Shown one piece after another: positions 27,398 through 34,557 of a stretch of DNA of 64,000 bases. Made by a program: the position numbers and the translations under genes. Positions within the stretch are counted from its first letter, which is position 1. Each line of letters begins with the position of its first letter. The stretch lies in the IMG/VR virus record IMGVR_UViG_3300025168_000033, positions 64,001 through 128,000 of that record; one strand, given 5' to 3'. The notes beneath the pieces were generated by a model. The model was given only the letters and a program-made list of their open reading frames with translations. It was not told where the DNA came from and did no database searches. Source of the DNA: a virus.

Positions 27398-28906
27398 TTA
27401 ATAACTTTTTGTCAAATCCACTTTAGAAATAGTAAATGGAAAGTTCTGATCATTATAAATTTCCTGTCTTGAAATAGCATGTCGAAATAAATAATTTGTA
27501 AATCCTGCAATACAGAAATTATCTACAAAATCTATAATTAATAGTTCGTCTTTATCTTCATGTTTTCTTAATCCTCTACCTATTGATTGTCGTATTATTA
27601 CATCAGATTTAAATGATTCAGCAAATCCAACATTATGTAGATTTTTTACATTTATACCTGTTGAAAATGTTCCGTAAGATGCAACTAATATTTTATCATT
27701 TCCACTTTCCATTTCTGCTTTATATTGTTCACGTATATCTTTATCGGTTTCACCTGCAATATAAAAGATTTCTCTATCGGATTTTTGCCGTAGCATATTA
27801 TAAATTGCATCACCGTAATCTAATCGATAAAACAAAATCAAAGTATTATTTTTTAATGATAGAAGAACATCAGTTATAAATTCCAATCTCATACGATTTT
27901 GAATAACAAAAGCCTGTTCTAGATTAAGCAATCTTTTCCTATCTTCTTCAGTCTTTGTTAAATCTTTAAATGCCGCCTTTACGTCCTGATTAGCATAATC
28001 CATTTCTATTATCTTAACTCTACATGGAGTTATGTGTCCTTTCTTAATAAGATAATCCGCAGATATTTGAGTAATTACTGGACCCGTATATGCCATTAAG
28101 GTTAAATAATCTAAAGTATCTGATTTTGGAATAGTTCCAGATACACCAAATTTTCTATTAGAATTACATTTTTCTAGAATATTTTTTATTGATGCAGATT
28201 TTGCTTTATGAGTTTCATCAACACAAATCATTCCAAATTTATCAAAATATTCTTTAGGTCGCTTTACCAGTGATTGATAAGTTCCAATAACAATATTACA
28301 ATTTGTACGTTCTTTTTGACCAGCAAATATCTGTTGAATATTAAGCTTAAGATCTGGATTTCCTGAATTATATTCATAGAAATCTTCAGTTGCCTGAACA
28401 ACTAAAGAAACATTAGGTACTATCATTAAAATCTTTTCAGTCAATTCATGTTCTAGCATATACGCAAACACAATATAAACAATTAAAGATTTACCTGCGG
28501 ATGTTGCTAATTCTCCTAGACAAGATTTATATCTTAAAATTTTATATGCAGTATCTATTTGATAATCTCGAGGAGTTAAATCATGACCTTCAAATCTTTT
28601 AGCAACCCAAGCTTTAAATTCAACTTCATCTATAGTATTATCAAATTTATCATCCAATCCATCAATTTCAACAGGCATATTAAATCGCTTGCCAATATCT
28701 AGAATTTCATTCCAAAGGCCGGCTGGAGCAAATTTGTTATTTTTAAAATATGAAATCTTACCATCCCAGTATCCTTTCTTAACTCTTGGATCCCACTTCC
28801 AGCTAGCTATACGACGAGTTAAAGATAGATTTAATTGATCGATTTCTATCTCAGTTGCATCTACTAGAGTAAGTAATTGTTCGTTATGTGTTAATTGAAA
28901 TTTCAT
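27398..28906 (-). CDS. uvsW: SF2 DNA helicase UvsW
   Basis: PRDYQ, LATSAGKS, VDETH, SGT, STGIN, QSIGRGLR. Confidence 0.95.
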   Translation of the reverse strand: MKFQLTHNEQLLTLVDATEIEIDQLNLSLTRRIASWKWDPRVKKGYWDGKISYFKNNKFAPAGLWNEILDIGKRFNMPVEIDGLDDKFDNTIDEVEFKAWVAKRFEGHDLTPRDYQIDTAYKILRYKSCLGELATSAGKSLIVYIVFAYMLEHELTEKILMIVPNVSLVVQATEDFYEYNSGNPDLKLNIQQIFAGQKERTNCNIVIGTYQSLVKRPKEYFDKFGMICVDETHKAKSASIKNILEKCNSNRKFGVSGTIPKSDTLDYLTLMAYTGPVITQISADYLIKKGHITPCRVKIIEMDYANQDVKAAFKDLTKTEEDRKRLLNLEQAFVIQNRMRLEFITDVLLSLKNNTLILFYRLDYGDAIYNMLRQKSDREIFYIAGETDKDIREQYKAEMESGNDKILVASYGTFSTGINVKNLHNVGFAESFKSDVIIRQSIGRGLRKHEDKDELLIIDFVDNFCIAGFTNYLFRHAISRQEIYNDQNFPFTISKVDLTKSY

Positions 28907-28907
28907 C

Positions 28908-29333
28908 TTAAAATTTTATTGCCAACGATACTTTATTTGATATTGCAAATCCCATTTTATCTAGAGTATCTATTGTCATTTGATAATAAATTAATTGAGT
29001 TTCTAATAATGATATAGTGAGAATTGTATCTTTTACATCAGCATCAATAAATTCATTGATTTCTGATTGATTTAATTTAATATTGTAATTTGTCTTGTAA
29101 TGAATATATCTTGTTCTTCGAGTTTCCCAGCTTTGAGCCTGTTGGCTTTTAACTATATTTTTCATTTCAACTAATTTATCCACTAATTGATGTCTATAAG
29201 AAAGCATTAAAACCTGTGCTTCAGATATATTATCTACATGGCGTATCATTGCAACAAGATCTTTTACTGTATCATTCCACTTTTTCTTTTCCGCTTCAAG
29301 CTTTACTTCAAGCATTTCTTTTTTATTTTCCAT
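28908..29333 (-). CDS. uvsY: Recombination mediator UvsY-like protein
   Basis: 141-aa helical protein beside uvsW; ..FIDAD..L..MGFAISN pattern. Confidence 0.6.
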   Translation of the reverse strand: MENKKEMLEVKLEAEKKKWNDTVKDLVAMIRHVDNISEAQVLMLSYRHQLVDKLVEMKNIVKSQQAQSWETRRTRYIHYKTNYNIKLNQSEINEFIDADVKDTILTISLLETQLIYYQMTIDTLDKMGFAISNKVSLAIKF

Positions 29334-29518
29334 TAGAATAATGAGTTTTTAGATTTCTTAATACCAATCGACTTGGTCTTTTTAATAATTACTTTCTTAA
29401 CAGGTTTTGACACTTCAAATTCACCACCATCATATTCTAATTTATCATCAAAATCAATAGGCATTTTGATTTTACGTTTTTTCTTTGGTGCATCTTCACC
29501 TTCTAGTATATTTATCAT
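29333..29518 (-). CDS. Small hypothetical protein ending in SLF
   Basis: 61-aa ORF overlapping both neighbours. Confidence 0.55.
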   Translation of the reverse strand: MINILEGEDAPKKKRKIKMPIDFDDKLEYDGGEFEVSKPVKKVIIKKTKSIGIKKSKNSLF

Positions 29519-30609
29519 ATATAGTATGAGTCGAATTTGTTATCACTAAAACAACCTTCTATGAGTTTAAATCCAGTGTCTTTTTTACGATAGCAATATA
29601 ATAATAGATCGTTATAGTCTTTTATTTTTCTATCTGGGATTCCAGTAGTTTCAAAGAATTTCTTCCATAAAAATACTTTCTTTTTTATTTTTAATTTGTC
29701 ATTCATGATTCCTTTACCAACCTTATCATTATCAAAGAAATATCGAGTATTAGGATTGTCATCAAACATTACAGTATTTTTACCAGCTCCTGATATTGCT
29801 ATTGAATTTCTTGGAAATAAAAAATGATCCATAGGACCTTCAAATATAGTAAATTCTTTAGTAAAATCACAATAAAACAATCCAAAATATAATGATAATG
29901 TGTTTATTTTTTCGATATCTTCAATACCAATAAGGGCATCAGAATCCTTTAAAACATCTTTATATATTTTTTCTATTGTATAGCTTACATATTTAGCACC
30001 ATAATATTTATCATTCATATTACGGACTTGATATCCAATCACGCGATCTTCAACCATGTTTAAAATATACAATTTATTTTTTCTTTGATCAAATAAGAAA
30101 TTATCTACCTGTTTATGTAATAATCGACATTTTAAATAATTATATGCGCTATCCGTTTTCCAAAGTGGCCTTGCTCCTAGTGCCTTTCCTAATGTTACTT
30201 TATCTATGCTTAATTTATTTAATGATTCAAATACGCTAAATTTTAAAAAGTCCGCAGTAACTACTTCAACTTTATTTTCTTTAATATATTCTAAAACATT
30301 ACTTAAATCACTTAAATTATTAAATCCCTGATCAAAATCTTTTAAAAGAGTTACTATGCTTGCATGTGGTTTTGAACAACCTGCATTATAACAATGAAAC
30401 ATTAATGTATTCCAATATAAATTACCACGTTTTTTATGCGATGAATCTGAATCACCACAATAAGGACAAGCAAAATTTAATCTTCCATGCTTTTTATCGC
30501 ATTGAGATTTAGATCCTGTAAATTCTTTAGATAACACAGTTTCAAGGGATCTTGTAATTTTATCCTGTATTTCTGTCGTTAATTTCATGTTTTTTGTAGA
30601 TATTTCCAT
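29515..30609 (-). CDS. gp61: DNA primase (T4 gp61-like)
   Basis: CPYCGDS..KKRG..FHCYNAGC zinc finger; TOPRIM FEGPMD, FFDND, KDYND. Confidence 0.92.
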   Translation of the reverse strand: MEISTKNMKLTTEIQDKITRSLETVLSKEFTGSKSQCDKKHGRLNFACPYCGDSDSSHKKRGNLYWNTLMFHCYNAGCSKPHASIVTLLKDFDQGFNNLSDLSNVLEYIKENKVEVVTADFLKFSVFESLNKLSIDKVTLGKALGARPLWKTDSAYNYLKCRLLHKQVDNFLFDQRKNKLYILNMVEDRVIGYQVRNMNDKYYGAKYVSYTIEKIYKDVLKDSDALIGIEDIEKINTLSLYFGLFYCDFTKEFTIFEGPMDHFLFPRNSIAISGAGKNTVMFDDNPNTRYFFDNDKVGKGIMNDKLKIKKKVFLWKKFFETTGIPDRKIKDYNDLLLYCYRKKDTGFKLIEGCFSDNKFDSYYI

Positions 30610-30613
30610 AATG

Positions 30614-30646
30614 AAAAAATGCCTAGGATTTTTAAGTCCTAGGCAT
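30614..30646 (-). terminator. Rho-independent terminator after ssb
   Basis: ATGCCTAGGA / TCCTAGGCAT stem running into a T-tract on the minus strand. Confidence 0.8.
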
Positions 30647-30662
30647 ATAGTTTAGATTAATA

Positions 30663-31604
30663 CTATGCATTAAGTCCATTAAGGAAATCATCTAGATCAT
30701 CCACTGGTTTAGCAGCATCATTAACTGCATCCAATGAAGCAACAGGATCCGGTGTCGGAGTTGATACCGGTGTTGATACCGCAACAGGTTTAACAGCTTG
30801 ATTTGATGATGCTATTGCATTATAAGAAGCACCTGGATTTGATGTATCAATATCACTTAAAACGCCTGTTAATTGAACATCTTTTTCAGCATCAATTGCC
30901 TTATATTCATACATTTTAATATTTGGCGTATCACTTAAATATGCTAATGCAACTTTTTGTGATTCTGGTGTTCTTTCAATTACCGTACCATCAATTGATA
31001 ATGCTGTTTTACTATCACCGAATTTACATTCATCATAATTCCAGTAACCACCTTTGACAGTAACTTTAATATTGAAGTTTTTACCTTCATATAAATCAAA
31101 TACGTTACAAGGTTCTTGGCCCATTGCCATATCTTCTTTAGAAGGAGTAGTTTGTGCATCAACAATTTTCTTGATTGTTTTTGGATAACGATAAACCTGA
31201 ATTGTTCCTTCCATTTCTGGATTTTGAGGATCTTTTATGATTTGAACCAATGAGAAATAATATTCCTTTCTTTGTAATCTTTCAGCAGCTTTTTGATCCG
31301 CAGCAGATTTTGATTTTGAAAGTTTATAATATAAATCAGCAATTCTACATTTTTCATCCCATGAAATAGATTTAGGTGAATCATAATATGATCCGTTTCC
31401 TGAACTATCTTCTAGCCAATAGGTAAATTTCTTGATTGCAGATTGTTTTGGATTTTCGACTCTAGGTAAGAATCTTACGACAGCTCGATAAATGTTGTCT
31501 TTTCCGTTTTTAGGATCAGGCTTATATAGCTGATTTCCTTTTGATTGAATTTCTTCCGTTTGAAAGTCTTCCAGTTTTAAATTGAAAATGTCTTGATTTT
31601 CCAT
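30663..31604 (-). CDS. gp32: Single-stranded DNA-binding protein (T4 gp32-like)
   Basis: AVVRFLP, IIKDPQNPEMEG, FDLYEGKNF.IKV, NYDECKF; acidic tail DDLDDFLNGL. Confidence 0.9.
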   Translation of the reverse strand: MENQDIFNLKLEDFQTEEIQSKGNQLYKPDPKNGKDNIYRAVVRFLPRVENPKQSAIKKFTYWLEDSSGNGSYYDSPKSISWDEKCRIADLYYKLSKSKSAADQKAAERLQRKEYYFSLVQIIKDPQNPEMEGTIQVYRYPKTIKKIVDAQTTPSKEDMAMGQEPCNVFDLYEGKNFNIKVTVKGGYWNYDECKFGDSKTALSIDGTVIERTPESQKVALAYLSDTPNIKMYEYKAIDAEKDVQLTGVLSDIDTSNPGASYNAIASSNQAVKPVAVSTPVSTPTPDPVASLDAVNDAAKPVDDLDDFLNGLNA

Positions 31605-31740
31605 AATACACTTTAGTTAATTTGATTATTTAATTTGTTTTATTACTCTTGATTTACTTTGTTTCACTTTCCTTTAATTCATTCTATCTCCTTATTACAT
31701 TAAAATTACACTTTATTACTCTTTACATTATTATATATCT
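31605..31740 (-). promoter_or_regulatory. Long purine-rich unstructured ssb leader with promoter motifs
   Basis: GATATATAA at 31731-31740, TGAAAC-N18-TAAAAC at 31637-31666, AAGAGTAATAAA twice. Confidence 0.5.
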
Positions 31741-31764
31741 ATCCCCTTATTGATTGTACTGGAA

Positions 31765-32829
31765 TTATTTCAATAATTTTTTAACTAATTTATCACCACG
31801 TCTTGAATGTTCAAAGGCTTTATCTCTTGCCTGCTTTGCAGTTTTTGTAACCGCTTTATCAAATTTCACTTTATTGCGAACCTTTTCATTACGATCAAGA
31901 AAGTCTTCCTTAATTGAATCTAATAATTCACGACCAGTATCAACTTTTAATTTACCACCTAAAGCATTATTCAAATCCATAGTTGCAGCAAATCCTTTGA
32001 TTCCATTAGCTATATTTTCAAGTGTCATATCTTTGGCATTCAATCCAGGAGTCTTCTTTAAAATTGAATCTATCTTAAAGTTTTTAATATCTATATCATT
32101 ATAAACAGCTAAAAATTTAGCAACATCAAGAAAAAGAGTTTTTGGATTAGATGTAATCTGTATAATTTTAACATCCTTTCTATTTGAAAATGGAATCAAT
32201 AATTCATCACGGGTCTTAGCAATAACGCCAAATTTAGCAAGATTTATGTCAAGTATTTTTGCGAATGATGAAAATAAATTTCCAGTTACAAATCCTTTAA
32301 GATTGTATTCTGGTGTATATCTCATTTGCATCCATTCTTTATATGAAGGAAATCCAAATACAAAATCTATTTGAACATGAACATCAGGCTCTATTTCAAA
32401 TATCAATCCACTTGAACCTTTAACAAAATCCATGTATTCATCTTCTGGAATATTTTTAGGTTTTTTAGCTTCTACATAATCACCAATCAGTCTTCTATAT
32501 TTTCTTTCTATTTTACCTGAATCTGCTCTAAATTCTTCAAATGATGGATATTCATTTCCAGGTAAAATTACCAGATAATCAACATCGCCATAAATTCTAT
32601 CAGGGGTTTCTTCTAGATCTCTATCAACATATCCACTTGAACCATTAGCTTCTACAAATTCTATAGGAGCTTCACCTTTTGATTCCAGCCATTTATTAAG
32701 ATTCTTTCCAAATGCCTCAAATTGCTTTATTGATTTTTTAACTAGAATTGGATTTAAAACTGTATTCTGTGTCTTAGTAGTTTGCCATCCTCCTTCATTC
32801 AAGAATTCATTGAATCTTTTAAATTTCAT
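31765..32829 (-). CDS. Second Pol-beta-superfamily nucleotidyltransferase with CTS-like leader
   Basis: NGSS...YGDVDYL ... VQIDF; leader MKFKRFNEFLNEG; GATATATAA at 32851-32860. Confidence 0.75.
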   Translation of the reverse strand: MKFKRFNEFLNEGGWQTTKTQNTVLNPILVKKSIKQFEAFGKNLNKWLESKGEAPIEFVEANGSSGYVDRDLEETPDRIYGDVDYLVILPGNEYPSFEEFRADSGKIERKYRRLIGDYVEAKKPKNIPEDEYMDFVKGSSGLIFEIEPDVHVQIDFVFGFPSYKEWMQMRYTPEYNLKGFVTGNLFSSFAKILDINLAKFGVIAKTRDELLIPFSNRKDVKIIQITSNPKTLFLDVAKFLAVYNDIDIKNFKIDSILKKTPGLNAKDMTLENIANGIKGFAATMDLNNALGGKLKVDTGRELLDSIKEDFLDRNEKVRNKVKFDKAVTKTAKQARDKAFEHSRRGDKLVKKLLK

Positions 32830-32892
32830 AATAAATATATTTTTTCTAAATTATATATCTATGAAAAATTAAGTTAAAATAATTCTTATAAT

Positions 32893-32922
32893 TGAAACAT
32901 ATCTGCCTCGATTGAATATAAT
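32893..32922 (+). promoter_or_regulatory. Antisense-oriented promoter TGAAAC-N18-TATAAT
   Basis: Exact match to the motif and spacing seen on the minus strand elsewhere, but on the + strand. Confidence 0.5.
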
Positions 32923-32954
32923 AATTATCAGTTGTGTTAAGGAATTTAGTATAT

Positions 32955-33599
32955 TTAAGAGTGACTATAATCTGTCACTAGTTTTCTAAGAATTGCGAAT
33001 GAATCGACTAGATCGTCGAAGGGTTTTGCTGGATCGGCACCATCTAATATTTCCAGTGAAGAACAATGTTTCCAGATCGCATCTTTACATAATCTTTTAT
33101 CATCAACATTTAAGAATGATTCAAACATCTTGTTTTTACCACAGTTACCCTTGCCAGTAAAATCCTTTTTTATTTCAGACGGTGAATAAACCTTTATTTC
33201 TGTAATTCCTGCAGTAACCAGTAAAGATTTTAAAGTAGAATTATATGCAATTAAATCTATGAATGATCGTCCTTTAGATCCATAAGAGAATCCTTCAAAT
33301 GCGACAATAATTCTATCGTCCTTGCCTGCAATATCCTTGATTTTTTCTATGATTTTTTGTGCTATTCCGTAAGCATTATTAATCTTGTATTCCTGTTCAT
33401 CTGAATATGACGTCTTAGGAACCTTACGTTCATAGCTTTCTATATGAACATTTTTAAAATCTTTAATTATATTATGCTGTATGAAAGGCTTGTTGCCATA
33501 TTTGACATTAGCGGCAAAATTCAACCAAATGAATTTGTCGTTTTTTAAAATAGTAACGCCAGTTGAATTAATAGAAAAATCTATTCCTACATATATCAT
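32955..33599 (-). CDS. RuvC-like Holliday junction resolvase
   Basis: YVGIDFSINSTG, FEGFSY, SPSEIKK..TGKGN..K, DDLVDSF (RNase H fold acidic tetrad). Confidence 0.85.
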   Translation of the reverse strand: MIYVGIDFSINSTGVTILKNDKFIWLNFAANVKYGNKPFIQHNIIKDFKNVHIESYERKVPKTSYSDEQEYKINNAYGIAQKIIEKIKDIAGKDDRIIVAFEGFSYGSKGRSFIDLIAYNSTLKSLLVTAGITEIKVYSPSEIKKDFTGKGNCGKNKMFESFLNVDDKRLCKDAIWKHCSSLEILDGADPAKPFDDLVDSFAILRKLVTDYSHS

Positions 33600-33609
33600 T
33601 TAAATAATT

Positions 33610-33960
33610 TTAAAAGAATTTCTTACCCATAGAAGAACCTAATGCAGCTCCAACTAATCGTGAAGTTAATAGATCGTAAAATACACCAGATTTAATTCCT
33701 AATGCTTTAGCAATCATTTTACCTACAGATTTTCCTAATGCAAATCCAGTAAGTCCACCTAGTAACGATCCAAAGATACCTTCATTGGTAAGCTCATGTT
33801 CCAATTGTTCCAGAGTCATTTCACTTTCAATAAATCTTTGATATGCCTGTTCAACCAGTAACTCTTCTTCGGCTGTAATTCCCTCAGTAAGATTTTCCTT
33901 GAACGATGGAATTAAATCTAATTCTTTATCTTCATTAATTAATTCTTGAAATGTTTTCAT
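33610..33960 (-). CDS. Putative packaged membrane-active (glycine-zipper) protein with an acidic propeptide
   Basis: MKTFQELINE leader; acidic residues 1-60; TNE/GIFGSLLGGLTGFALG...LVGAALG; GATATATAA at 33977-33986. Confidence 0.6.
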   Translation of the reverse strand: MKTFQELINEDKELDLIPSFKENLTEGITAEEELLVEQAYQRFIESEMTLEQLEHELTNEGIFGSLLGGLTGFALGKSVGKMIAKALGIKSGVFYDLLTSRLVGAALGSSMGKKFF

Positions 33961-33987
33961 GGTCTGTATAATTTATTTATATATCTT

Positions 33988-34554
33988 TTAGTCTACGTCT
34001 AGCGAAGATTCAAATGTGTTATATGTGAATGTGCATTCAAAAGTACTAAATTCACGAATATTATTTGCATAGGATAATTCAAATTCACTCATACCAGTAA
34101 ATAATACATTAGTAAATTTTGCAGTATACATGATTATTCCATTATCATCCAGTATTCTAACAGGTATGTCACACGTATATGTCTGTCCAGCCTTATAGTA
34201 ATATTCATAGATTTCATCCATTATCCAATAATTAAAATATCCGTTAAGCATTTTAAATGTTATTGTGAATGTTTTTTCTCTTAAATTCTGTCTATGGATC
34301 GATGACCTAAATGATCGAGTTCTTCCACGAGATTCAGGATCTCTATCGTTTTTGGCATGTGTTTGTTCAACCGGATCATAAGATTTTGGCGGAATAGTAA
34401 TACTTTGAATAGTCAGATTTATTAGTTCTGGAATACTCTTTACTATATTTGGCAATCTTTCATGATAAGGCTTGTACTTATCAGAAATATGCTTTGGAAT
34501 AAATGCCTTAGGTATCTCAACTCTAAACGCATCCTGTTGACTATCTAAATACAT
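33988..34554 (-). CDS. Tail tube / tube-initiator-like protein (gp19/gp54 fold)
   Basis: IQSITIP..FTITF..NYWIM..ILDDNG..F.NV..TGMSEFELSY..FECTFTY pattern. Confidence 0.65.
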   Translation of the reverse strand: MYLDSQQDAFRVEIPKAFIPKHISDKYKPYHERLPNIVKSIPELINLTIQSITIPPKSYDPVEQTHAKNDRDPESRGRTRSFRSSIHRQNLREKTFTITFKMLNGYFNYWIMDEIYEYYYKAGQTYTCDIPVRILDDNGIIMYTAKFTNVLFTGMSEFELSYANNIREFSTFECTFTYNTFESSLDVD

Positions 34555-34557
34555 AAT

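Noticed and set aside
25526-32829. Labelling the Pol-beta NTases as cGAS/DncV (CBASS) or CCA-adding enzymes
   Set aside because: Only the superfamily catalytic motif is visible; no effector genes or family-specific features support a narrower call
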